Part shown: piece by piece, positions 49,249 to 61,490 of the stretch | Layout of the letters: each line of letters begins with the position of its first letter | How positions within the stretch are numbered: the stretch's first letter is position 1 | Assembly: GCF_963921235.1 (NCBI RefSeq) | Contig: NC_086108.1 | Location: forward strand, 16,368,001 to 16,432,000 | Direction of reading: 5' to 3' | Length of the DNA stretch: 64,000 bases | Source of the DNA: Mobula hypostoma | Lineage: Eukaryota | Notes under the pieces: model-generated | What the model was told of the DNA's origin: nothing | What the model saw: the letters and a program-made list of their open reading frames with translations, nothing else | Database searches by the model: none | Program-made: the position numbers and the translations under genes

Positions 49249-50097
49249 TGTTACGTACCCCGTAACTGAGTTGCCAAACCAGCAGAAATGGATCACTCAG
49301 TTGGAGTCTGGATTACTAGATCTAAGAAAGTTTTATTAAAGAAACAAGCAACACAGTAATCGAAAGGATAATAAATGCAACAGTTCAGCAATGATAAACA
49401 CACATGTGCACAGAATTAAGATAACAGGATCAATCAAGCTCTATCGTTGTCTAGGGGTAAATGACCAATTTCAAAGTGACACAAAGTCCAGTTCAATTTA
49501 GTTCAGTTCGCAGTAATCGTTGCCACGGCGATGGACAATGTGGGGGGAAAGGAGAGAGAGAACGAGAACGAATGATCATTCAGAACGGCTTCCACTCACA
49601 GACCGGCGATATTGCTCACAAGCAGCTTTTGGGTGAGTCCTTGACTGTGACCCCTCCTCCAGATGCGGTCGATCCTCTGCAGTGAACCCGGCACCCAAGC
49701 AAGGGTGGACACACACCGGGTTCCCACTGATCGTACCTTTCCACCCTGTGCGTTTGTGGCCCGGTACTTCCCACCGACTCATGAGAGGCACACCGCTTCC
49801 AGGGTCTCATTACCTCGAGTGTCGTGTGTGTCGTGTGTGTCCTGCCTTAGCGAACCTGTTCCTTTTTATCCCCCTGCTGGGGTATCGCCTGTCCATCACT
49901 TCAAACAGTTCAGAGTTCAAAGGGGGAGCCGATCTTGACAATACCCAGACTGATGGCTCCTTCATTAACATCTCCAAATGCTGCTTCATTGTTCCTTATC
50001 TCTCCCTCCCCTGAGGACAGGTGGCAGACCAACTGCTGAGGCCACTGGTGCTAGCCCAGGCCAGCAAACATCTTAATTTATGTGTATTCTCGTCACA
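49249..50097 (-). mobile_element. Solo LTR (849 bp), Gypsy-like
   Basis: TGTTAC...GTCACA termini with a perfect 4-bp TSD CAGG (49245-49248 and 50098-50101). AATAAA on the minus strand near 49335. Retains many CpGs. Confidence 0.85.
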
Positions 50098-50704
50098 CAG
50101 GACTCTAGAACACGCCCAGCAAGTCATTCTGGGCTAACAGACAGAGAAATGTTGGCCCGTTCTGATATTGACAAAGAGTTAATAACAGAATCTTTAATGT
50201 TTCCCAAGAAACCTGTGTTTGGATAATTCAAAACTTTTCTGAAAAAAACTACTCAAGATTCCCAAAGCAAAAAGAATGAAACATCATAATCATCCTTTGA
50301 GCATATGCCAGGTGTACATGGATGTTTCTGTTTGGACACAAAGCCATAATATTATCTATATTTACTGTTGCATGATTGAAATATCAGTGAACATGCAGGT
50401 AAGCAGATTGAACTATTATTCTAATTATTAGAGATAGTTGTTCCAGTGTGACCTAGAACCAGAATGCCAAAGGTTAGATATGGAGGAAATTAAGGTAACA
50501 AATTATCTCAGCGGTAATAGTGTACTATAAAGCACTGGTTTTATTATACCTTAAAAAAATCCAAGTGGTATTATACCTGTAAAGATATCAACGGTATTAC
50601 ATCTGTAAAGATATGAATACATCTTTACAGCTGGCTTTGAGATTTTAGAAGGATTACTGGAAACTGTAATTGTTTTTTTAAAAGAGGACCTTAATTCTGA
50701 ATGC

Positions 50705-53480
50705 GAACACAAGGAATTCTGCAGATGCTGGAAATTCAAGCAACACACATCAAAGTTGCTGGTGAACGCAGCAGGCCAGGCAGCATCTTTAGGAGGTACA
50801 GTCGACGTTTCAGGCCGAGACCCTTCGTCAGGACAAACTGAAGGAAGAGCTAGTAAGAGATTTGAAACTGGGAGGGGGAGGGGGGAGATCCAAAATGATA
50901 GAAGACAGGAGGGGGAGGGATGGAGCCAAGAGCTGGACAGGTGATTGGCAAAAGGGATATGAGAGGATCATGGGACAGGAGGCCCAGGGAGAAGGAAAAG
51001 GGGGAGGGGGGAAAAAAAACCAGATGGGCAAGGGGTATAGTCAGAGGGACAGAGGGAGAAAAAGGAGAGTGAGAGAAAGAATGTGTGTATATAGATAATG
51101 GATGGGGTATGAGGGGGAGGTGGGGTATTAGTGGAAGTTAGAGAAGTCAATGTTCATGCCATCAGGTTGGAGGCTATCCAGACAGAATATAAGGTGTTGT
51201 TCCTCCAACCTGAGTGTGGCTTCATCTTTACAGTAGAGGAGGCCATGGATAGACATTTCAGAATGGAAATGGGATGTGGAATTAAAATGTGTGGCCACTG
51301 GGAGATCCTGCTTTCTCTGGCGGACAGAGCGTAGGTGTTCAGCAAGACGATCTCCCAGTCTGCGTCAGGTCTCGCCAATATATAGAAGACCACATCGGGA
51401 GCACCGGACGCAGTATATCACCCCAGTCGACTCACAGGTGAAGTGTCGCCTCACCTGGAAGGACTGTCTGGGGCCCTGAATGGTGGTAAGGGAGGAAGTG
51501 TAAGGGCATGTGTAGCACTTGTTCCGCTTACAAGGATAAGTGCCAGGAGGGAGATCAGTGGGGAGGGATGGGGGGGGGTGAAACGAATAGACAAGGGAGT
51601 CGTGTAGGAAGCGATCCCTGCGGAAAGCAGAGTGGGGGAGAGGGAAAGATGCGCTTAGTGCGGAAAGCAAGAGGGAAAGATGTGCTTAGTGGTGGGATCC
51701 CATTGGAGGTGGCGGAAGTTACGGAGAATAATATGTTGGACTCGGAGGCTGGTGGGGTGGTAGGTGAGGACAAGGGGAACCCTATTCCTAGTGGGGTGGC
51801 AGGAGGATGGAGTGAGAGCAGATGTGCATGAAATGGGGGAGATGCGTTTGAGAGCAGAGTTGATGGTGGAGGAAGGGAAGCCCCTTTCTTTAAAAAAGGA
51901 GGACATCTCCTTCGTTCTGGAATGAAAAGCCTCATCCTGAGAGCAAATGCGGCGGAGATGGAGGAATTGCGCGAAGGGGATGGCATTTTTGCAAGAGACA
52001 GAGTGAGAAGAGGAATAGTCCAGATAGCTGTGAGAGTCAGTAGACAGAAAGATCTAGAAAGGGGAGGGAGGTGTCGGAAATGAACCAGGTAAACTTGAGG
52101 GCAGGGTGAAAGTTGGAAGCAAAGTTAATAAAGTCAACGAGCTCAGCATGCATGCAGGAAGCAGCGCCAATGCAGTCGTTGATGTAGTGAAGGAAAAGTG
52201 GGGGACAGATACCAGAATAGGTTCGGAACATAGATTGTTCCACAAAGCCAACAAAAAGGCAGGCATAGCTCAGACCCATGTGGATGCCCATAGCTACACC
52301 TTTAGTTTGGAGGAAGTGGGAGGAGCCAAAGGAGAAATTATTAAGAGTAAGGACTAATTCCGCTAGACGGAGCAGAGTGGTGGTAGAGGGGAACTGATTA
52401 GGTCTGTAATCCAAAAAGAAGCGGAGAGCTTTCAGACCTTCCTGATGGGGGATGGAAGTATATAGGGACTGGGCATCCATGGTGAAAATAAAGCGGTGGG
52501 GGCCAGGGAACTTAAAATCATCGAAAAGTTTAAGAGCGTGAGAAGTGTCACGAACATAGGATTGAACAAGGGGGGATAAAACCGTGTCGAGGTATGCAGA
52601 AACGAGTTCAGTGGGGCAGGAGCAAGCTGAGACAATAGGTCTGCCAGGACAGGCAGGTTTATGGATCCTGGGTAGGAGGTAGAAACAGGAAGTGTGAGGT
52701 GTGGGAACTATAAGGTTGGTAGCAGTGGATGGGAGATCCCCTGAGTGGATAAAGTCGGTGATGGTGTGGGAGACAATGGCCTGGTGCTCCTTAGTGGGGT
52801 CACGATCGAGGGGTAAATAAGAGGAGGTATCCGTGAGTTGTCGCTGTGCCTCTGCAAGGTAGAGGTCAGTGCGCCAGACTACAACAGCACCCCCCTTATC
52901 GGCGGGTTTTATAGTAAGGTTAGGATTAGTGCGAAGGGAGTGGAGAGCACAGTGTTCGGAAGGAGTGAGGTTGGAATGGGAACAAGGTGCGGTGAAGTCG
53001 AGTCGGTTGATGTCCCGTCGGCAGTTAGCAATAAAGAGATGCAGAGCAGGCAGAAGACCAGAGCGGGGTGTCCATGAAGAGGAGGAGGGTTGAAGACGGG
53101 AGAAGGGGTCATCGGTGGGGGTGGAAGAGTCCTTGCCGAAGAAGTAGGCTCGGAGACGGAGACGGCGGAAGAAGAATTCCGCGTCATGGCGAACGCGGAA
53201 CTCACTGAGGTGTGGGCAAAGGGGGACAAAGGTGAGGCCCTTACTGAGGACAGAGCGTTCTGCCTCAGACAGTTGAAGGTCGAAGAGGATGGTAAAGACC
53301 CGCACGGATGAGAGCTGGAACCAAAGGGGGCGTCAGTGGAGAGGGGAGGGTTGGGGTGAGAGGAAGATGGAGCCTCTGAGGGCCCAGAAGCTGATGGTGG
53401 GATCTGAGGGAGACAGGGTTGCAGAGTGGTGGTGGAGGAAGGGGAGACGGGAGTCACAATAGCGGCACATAAAGACCCAA
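50705..53480 (-). mobile_element. Penelope-like retroelement, Neptune-type (RT, Cys-rich linker, GIY-YIG), pseudogenised
   Basis: ORF 52037-53305: VLSKGLTFVP, IKPADKGGAVVV, PGRPIVS, QSLYTSIPH, QTKGVAMG and YINDC. ORF 51365-51670: PCKRNKCYTC and GVIYCVRCSRCGLLYIGET. Confidence 0.93.
50800..50835 (-). ncRNA. Minimal type-I hammerhead ribozyme motif in the PLE 3' region
   Basis: UGUC-CUGACGA-A-GGGUCUCGGCCU-GAAA-CG-UC-GACU. Confidence 0.8.
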
Positions 53481-53582
53481 CCTTAATTATGATGTGAGAT
53501 TTATGCACACTCTATTATATGTTGTGTTACTATTTTTTATTATGTATTTTTACTTAAATCATGAAGGTGTGAGTCTCAACAC

Positions 53583-54272
53583 AAACTTTTCTCGGGCTTC
53601 CAGCTGGGTCCAGGTACCAATTTTAACTAGTTTTGATGACAAACTGCACCATCTTCATCAGGGATGATGTCTAGGCCTACCTAGTCTGGTGGCATATATA
53701 CTCAAATCCCGTCATCTGTCCCTACTGATTGGTTGAGGACTAACCAATCAGGTTTCCACTGACCTACTTTGTTTAAAATTTTATTCACATTCTTACTTAA
53801 GAGTGAGACCTTCATCTTTGTTGAAATTCTTATTCTCTAGTCTTACTTCAATGGCCTCCTTCACCAGGTAGTCCCAAAAAACCATTGCATGGCACAGTAG
53901 ATTTGTGCCACCCAAGTCAATCCTGCTGTCACTGTGAATGCAAGTTCTGTTACCGCCAGTTTGTCCAGGTAACCCAAACAGATACACCTCCTAAGCTCCT
54001 TGATGTGGATTTCCACCATGCAGGGTGATATACACTGTTCTACCAGCCTGTAAACACCAGAAGTCCTGAGTCCCAGGTCGTCTTTGGCCTGCATAAGCTG
54101 GGACAGCTGAAACCTAATTGATTGAGGACTAACCAATTAAGAGGGACGGATAACAGGAATTGACAGGACTAGACAGGCCTAGGCATCAACCCTGATGAAG
54201 ATGGCGGAGCTTGTCATAAAAATCAGTTAAAAAAGATAATCAGACCCAGCTGGAAGCCCAAGAAGAGTTTAT
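53583..54272 (-). mobile_element. Penelope/Poseidon-type relic: GIY-YIG fragment between inverted pLTRs
   Basis: GVYRL...IKELRRCICLGYLDKLAVTE and VKEAIEVRLENKNFNKDEGLTL. 53583-53755 and 54110-54270 are inverted copies, each with a decayed CTGATGA hammerhead core. Confidence 0.8.
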
Positions 54273-54984
54273 TGCATCAGATATTCCAGGAAAGCACTAG
54301 CATGAAACTCGAACTTGAATCTGCTGAGCACTTTCCAGCAGATATTTAAGGATCATGAGTGATATGAAAATGGTAAATAAATTCAAATGTAATGTCATTA
54401 CATTCAAACTTCAAACAGCACAGCAATTTCAAAAAATAATTTAAAGAAATTCTGGTAGATGACATTTTTGTTATTTCTGACAGAGGTGTTAAGAGAATAA
54501 ACAGAAATAAACATTGGAAAGTAATCAAACTTTGGCTGCGGAACATTCAAAGCTTGAGATTAATAAATGACATGTAAACATTTCCTAGATGTCTCTATCA
54601 CCATTTCCGATAACAGTTGTCTTTTAGCCATTGAGATTTCCAGTTCTACATCCATGCGTTGCTGAAGCAAGGATAAAAGTACAGGTTTTTGCTTTATTTT
54701 GAGTTTACTCAGCAAAATCAGAGCTGCTTTAGAACGGTGAAGCAAAATTATTTGGAGTCAAGGCAGTTTCCATGCCAATACCAGATTCAATTAAAGAAAT
54801 CTAAAAAGATCAGAAATTTGGATTTACTTGGGTTTCTGTATAGCTGAGGGTTAATGCTACTTAATCTATTCCATCCTGCTCCCCCATGAAACTTATGGCA
54901 AAAATTACAGCTTGAACTTTATTCTGATACATACTGTGGCAAAAATGAAAACGCTGCTGTTTCTTTAAAAAGTGGTTTACTCAC

Positions 54985-55095
54985 TTGGTTTCATGTCAGG
55001 GCTAGTTGGAGTTACTTTCTGTACTTTACGCACTGGTTTGGCAACTTTCTTCTCTCTGGCTTTTTCACATGTAGTTTCTTTCACCTTGCTATTCT
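54985..55095 (-). CDS. CEP350: CEP350 internal coding exon (first in window), 111 nt, phase 1->1
   Basis: Acceptor tttgttgacag|AG AAT, donor CCA A|gtgag. Encodes NSKVKETTCEKAREKKVAKPVRKVQKVTPTSPDMKP, matching the recalled CEP350 KKVVKPVRKVQKV motif. In frame with the next exon. Confidence 0.88.
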
Positions 55096-56707
55096 CTGTC
55101 AACAAAGTAAAGAGTTCACTACTGTTGGTGATAAACATGGCAAATCATATTCAAACAACAGGAATTCTGCAGATGCTGGAAATTCAAGCAACACAGATCA
55201 AAGCTGCTGGTGAACGCAGCAGGCCAGGTAAAATCATATTCAATTATATTTTAGCTCATGCAAACTTGACAAACAAGGCATCACAATTTTATTAAAATTG
55301 ACTCTTTTAAAGTATCGTTTGCAATCTAGAACAGTTGAGATTACACCATTAAACAATGGACCAATGATGTTAGGACTGTCATCTTTTCATGCATTTCCTT
55401 GTAATCCATATCTAGAATATCCAATACAATAGACAAGATTTGAGGTGAATCATTGACTCAATGAACTCAGCTGTTACTTTTGTTCTGCAGTGCACACTGC
55501 CTCCTGGTAACCATTGAATTAACTGTTCAACCATGGTGAGAATTAATCACTTTTTAAAATCAATATACGCAAAACTGTATTACTGTTTTACACTTTGGTT
55601 AGTACCAGTTGGAAAATAAAAAATACTTTTAGCTTAAAACAGATAAAACTACATGAGGAAGGAGGAATACATAATGAGCTTGTTTAAAATAAGCTCGTGA
55701 AATGTATAACTCATCAAGGGGGTTAGTATATAATCCATATAAATTATAATCTTAAAATAGTTCTTTAAATACCAACAAGTTTGCTGGGCATCTTAAAGAC
55801 TTTCACCATCTTGGGTGGTTACTATAGCATAAATTAATAACTTCTCTCTTATTACCCTTGCACTGTTGCAAAGAGTAGGGAAATAACTACTGTCTGGAAT
55901 TGAGCTGGCAGTCAGTTAACTGATCTGAACAGTGGGCCCCAGCACTCCACAACCAAAAAAATGTTTCCCCTCACAAGTCACACACAGCTATCAAATCCGT
56001 AAGATAAAATACAACATTTTACATGAGACTTAATTTGCAACCTGATTTTGTGCTAGAAGACTTGATAAGATTGCAGGACCCAAATAATTAAGTCACTTCT
56101 GTAAATCAGTCATTATGGAATACTGCAAAAGAGAGATGGTAGGTCTTAAAGTGACTGGTACAAAATCTGCCAACTTAAAATAAGTTTTTAAAACCACAAA
56201 TGTAGTTCTTCCCACTTTTACCACAATCTGGGCTAAATTTTACGATCTACAATCTAGACACTGGATTATACAAATAAAACTTCGAGCTTGCTAGGATTTA
56301 ATTTACTCCAACATCATAGAATAACGCACAAAATGCTGGAGGAGCTCAGTGGATCAGGCAGGATCTATGGAGGGAAGTGGGGGTCTCTCCTCTCTACTTC
56401 ACCTTCCCCTTTCGTCTTCCCTTATTCCACCAGCCCTGCACTTCGCTGTCCCCTGCCCTCTCGCTTAGCCCAGGACCCACACATTCTTCCCTCTGACTCT
56501 CCTCCCCGTTATTCCATGGTCCACTATTCTCTCCCATCAGATTCCATCTTCTTCAGTCCTTTGTTAATTTCACTTATCAACTCCCAGCTTCTTGTATCAT
56601 TCCCACTCTCACCTTCCACCATGCACCAATTTTTCCACTCACCTGGATTTTATATAACCCATCAGCTCTTGCTCCACCACCTAACCCATCCTTTTATACT
56701 GGCAATC

Positions 56708-57850
56708 TACCCTCATGGAGTACCTGGCAAAGCTCTGAAAACCTGTGCCAACCAACTAGCGAGAGCACTCAAGGTCATTTTCAACCTCTCACTGCTACAG
56801 GTGGAAGTTCTCACTTGCTTCTAAAAGGCAACAATTATACCAGTGCCCAAGAAGAATAATGTGGGCTGCCTTAATGACCATTGCCCGGTAGCACTCACAT
56901 CGACAGTGCTGAAATGCTTTGAGGGACTGGTCATGACTAGACTGAACTCCTGCCTCAGCAAGGACCTGGACCCACTGCAATTTGCCTATTGCCACAATAG
57001 GTCAACAGCAGATGCAATCTCAATGGCTCTCCACACAGCTTTAGACCATCTGGACAACACAAACACCTACATCAGGATGCTGTTCATCAACTAACACTCA
57101 GCATTTAATACCATCATTCCCACAATCCTGATTGAGAAGTTGCAGAACCTGGGCCTCTGTACCTCCCTCTGCAATTGGATACTCAACTTCCTAACTGGAA
57201 GACCACAATCTGTGTGGGTTGGTAATAAACATATCCTTCTCACTGATGATTAACACTGGCGCACCTCAGGGGTGTGTCCTTAGCCCACTACTCTACTTTC
57301 GATATACACATGACTGTGTGGCTCAGCTTAGCTCAAATACCATCTATAGATTTACAGATGATACAACCATTGTTGATAGAATCTCAGATGGAGACGAGAG
57401 GGCGTACAGGAGTGAGATATGCCAACTAGTGGAGTGGTGCCGCAGCAACAACTTGGCACTCAATGCCAGTAAGGCAAAAGAGCTGATTGTGGACTTCAGG
57501 AAGGGCAAGACAAAGGAACACACACCAATCCTCATGGAGGGATCAGAAGTGGAGAGAGTGAGCAGTTTCAAGTTCCTGGGTGTCAAGATCTCTGAGGATC
57601 TAACTTGGTTCAAACATATCAATATAGTTATAAAGAAGGCAAGACAGCCACTATAATTCATTAAAGTTTGGAGAGATTTGGCATGTCAAAAACTTCTTTA
57701 GTTGTACTACGGAGAGCATTCTGACAGGCTGCATCACGGACAGGACCGAAAGAAGCTGCAGAAGGTTGCAAGTCTAGTCAGCTCCATCTTGGGTACTAGC
57801 CTACAAAGTACACAGAACATCTTCAGGTAGCAGTGTCTCAGAAAGGCAGC
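56708..57850 (+). mobile_element. Rex1/Babar-type LINE RT fragment
   Basis: [36 protein letters not shown] and RFTDD. Confidence 0.88.
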
Positions 57851-58771
57851 TTCGCCTCTGATCTGGGCCGACGTTTATGTGCCGGGCGGCACCTAATTAA
57901 TAAGTTTGTTTATTTTGGCTTTTTTCTTAAAGATGTGCTGGGTGCATCCCGGCTACTGCTGCAATCTCCGCGGCAATGTATCAGTCCGCAGCCCAGGGGT
58001 TGGGGTGGTGGGAGACCGGGGTGTCATCTCATCGTCAATCAGGGCAGGCAGGTCATCTTCTTCTATGTCTGCCTGCCTCAATGTCGAAGGTCGAGGTTCG
58101 TCGTCTGCTGTGGCTGACGTGGAAGGCTTGCTTGACTGCTTAGCCTCATGAATTTTTCTATCATACAGTTCTTTGTAAGCACTCAAACCATCTTGCAAAT
58201 ATGCCCTAAACCAACAAACCCTTTCAAAATTAAAGTCGTACTTTTCTGCAATAATTGCAGTGAAAATCTCACGTGGTTGCTTCACATTCAGTTCCTGGAC
58301 AACTTCACTCTCGGCCCGTTCACTACTGCATTCGGTTTCGATTGTTATCCTTTCCTCTTCCAATTGCATCAGCTCCTCATCTATCAGTTCTTGGTCATGG
58401 GATGCCAAAACCTCTTCAACATCATCTTCGTCAACTTCCACAAGCCAAACTCACTTTGTCCTTACTTCGTTCACCATGATCGAAATGCTTAATTATGTCT
58501 AGTCTTATGCTAAATGGAACACCGTTATGAGCTCTTTTAGGCTTTTCCGATAGCTTAGAACTCATCTTGCTAACGGCTGCTCACAGGCACGTGTTTAAGC
58601 AATGCCAGCTAGAATGCAGTTCTGGGGGAGGAGCTTGGCTGCCTTTTATCGCGCACTGCCTTTTTTCGTAACAGTGGAAACATCTTCTGTAGTGAAAACA
58701 GGTAACTAATGTAGGTCTTTCATAACAGCAAGGTTTCGTAAAGCGAACGTTTGAAAAGTGGGGGACACCTG
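57851..58771 (-). mobile_element. Tigger/pogo transposon internal-deletion derivative (left end, N-terminus and acidic C-terminus)
   Basis: TA|CAGGTGTCCCCCACTTTTCAAACGTTCGC. MSSKLSEKPKR..IRLDIIKHFDHGE (CENP-B-like N-terminus) is joined directly to EVDEDDVEEVLASHDQELIDEELMQLE. No DDE domain. Confidence 0.8.
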
Positions 58772-59599
58772 TATCGAGAACAAGGAATAACCAAGAAAAT
58801 AATGGCAGAGTCATCAATTTAAAAACAAAAATTAGAAAATGATTTTACTCAATGTAATTTAAGGTAAAGGCACACAAGCAATTTTAAAGTTAATAACCTG
58901 GCACGAGTACCTGAACAGAAAATAATAATTGGTTGGACCAGGAGATTAGTTGTCAAATATAGTGCCTTAGTACAAAGGGATTACATAGGGCAAATTTAAT
59001 AAGTGTGTTGAGGAAAAATTACCTGAAATGATAAGTAAATGGGTTGAGTTATAGATAGATTTGATGGTCTGGATCTGTTTTCCCTGGAGCAAAGGAGGTC
59101 GAGGAAGCATGACAAAGGTTTAAAAAATATGGGAGGCACAGTTAGAGTAATGGTCAGCGTCTAATGCCCGTGATAGGGCATAGATTTAAGGTGGGGGTGG
59201 GGGAAGATAATGGAAGGGGTAATTTTCTTCCACACATAATGAGCTGCTAGAGGTGATGGTGGAGGCAAGGCATGAAAATCAACAGCATTTCAGAGGCACC
59301 AGGACAGGTATTTGAATAAGCAGAGCACAGAGGGGCATGGAATTAAAGTAGGCAAGAGGGATTATTATCAATATACAATGGTAGGCAAGGACACAGCAGG
59401 CTATAGAACACATTTCTTTGCTGAAAACTCCATGACCCCAGAACAAAAGTCCTAATGGATCTCTGAAGGAACCTTCATACCACATCATGCACTATTACCA
59501 AGAGGGATTTCTTGCAGGTCGGAAGCAAAAGGGAACTTCGAAAGTGTTTGTCCATTCCACGTAGCCTATCAGCAGCATCAGCAGATCTCTACAAACTAA

Positions 59600-61490
59600 A
59601 TAAACGTACGGAAGGGATAAGCGGAATGGCCATTGTACAGGAGTAGGCCAATGGTGAGAGTAGAAGCGACAGGCTTTGGCTAGGAAGAGGCGGTGGTTCT
59701 GTGTAAAACGTCTGTTAAGGTTTGCTTTTTGTTTACCATTTAAATGGCTGTGGTGTGCTCTTTGTGCCGGATATTGGAGAACTGGGAGGCCCAGAGTCTC
59801 CCAGGGAACGGCATCTGCGTGAAGTGTGTCCAGCGGCAGCTCCTCGAAGAACGCGTTAGGGATCTGGAGCAGCAACTGGATGACCTTTGCCTCATACGGA
59901 AGAGCGAGGACGTAATTGATCAAAGTTACAGGGAGGTAGTCACCCCAAAGCTGCAGGAGGCGAGTAGCTGGGTGATCGTCAGGAGAAATGGAAATAGGCA
60001 GTTAGCGCAGAGCACACCTGTGGACATTCCCCTCAAAAACAAGTATACCGCTTTGGATACTTTTGTGGGGGGTGACCTCCCAGGAAAATGCCACGGCAAC
60101 CGGGTTACAGGCACTGAACATGGGTCTATGGGAAAGAGAGAGAAGGGAGCAGTAGTGATAAGGAACTCGATAGTGAGGGGAACAGACAGGAAATTCTGTG
60201 GACGTGAACAGGACACCCGTATAGTATGTTACCTCCCAGGTGCCAGGGATGTCTCAGATCGCGTCCACAACATTTTGGAGAGGGAGGGGGAGCAGTCAGA
60301 TGTCTTGGTACATATTGTTACCAATGACATAGGAAGGAAAAGCAATGAGGTCCTGAAAAGAGAATTTAGAAAGCTAGGTAGAAAGCTGAGAAGCAGATCC
60401 TCCCGGGTAGTAATTTCTGGATTGCTACCCGTGCCATGCCCCAGTGAGGTAGAAACAAGATGATTTGCCAGATAAATGCATCGCTGAGAAGCTGGTACAG
60501 GGGGCAGGGCTCAGGCCCTTGGATAATTGGGATCTCTCCTGGGGGAGCTATGACCTGTTCAAAAGTGATGGGCTGCACCTGAACTGGAGGGGGACCAATA
60601 TTCTCACTGGCAAGTCTATTAGAGCTGTTGGAGGGTTTAAACTAACTAAGCAGTGGGGTGGGAACCGGAGTGAAGGGACTCAGGAAAGGACGGATGGTAA
60701 AAAAGCAAAGACAGCTTGTAGTCAGATTGTCAGGAAGGGCAGGTAGGTGATGGGACTTAGTTGATAGGGAGAAAGTAAAGTCTGATGTAGTAGTATTTCA
60801 ATGGAGTAAGGGAAATTACAGTGGTATGAGAGAGGAGTTGGCCAAAGTAAATTGGAAGGAGCTGCTGACAGGGATGTCAACAGAGCAGCAATGGCGTACG
60901 TTTCAGGGAAAAATGAGGAAGGTGCAGGACATGTGTATTCCAAAAATGAAGAAATACTCAAATGGTAAATTAGTACAACCATGGCTGACAAGGAAGTCAA
61001 AGCTATCGTAAAAGCAAAAGAAAAGGCATACAACAAAGGAAAAATTAGTGGGAAGATAGAGGACTGGGAAGTTTTTTTAAAGCCTACAGAGAGCAACTAA
61101 AAAAATCATTAGAAGGGAAAAGATGAAATGTGAAAGCAAGCTAGCAAATAATATCCAAGTGGATAGTGACAGTTTTTTCAAGTATGTTAAAAATAAAAGA
61201 GAGAGTGGATATAGGGTCACTAGGAAATGAGGCAGGAGAAATAATAACAGGAGACAAAGAGATGGCTACTGAACTAAATGAGTGTTTTGCATCAGTCTTC
61301 ACTGTAGAAGACACTAGCAGTATGTCTGATGTTGTAGTGTGTGAAGGAAGAAAAGTGGGCGCAGTTACTACTACAAGAGAGAAGATGCCTGACCTTAGTG
61401 GTCGGGAAGGTGTTTGAGTAAACTTAAGGATGAGCTGATGGAGTACTTCGTGACAAGATAAGACAAAGTCAGCAGGGTTTCCTTAAGGGA
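59600..61490 (+). mobile_element. CR1 5' portion: 5' UTR, ORF1 (zinc finger/coiled coil plus SGNH esterase) and partial ORF2
   Basis: CSLC...CVKCVQRQLLEERVRDLEQQL, NSIVRG, VHIVTNDIG and DGLHLN. Jumps to post-endonuclease ORF2 at about 60770. Confidence 0.85.
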
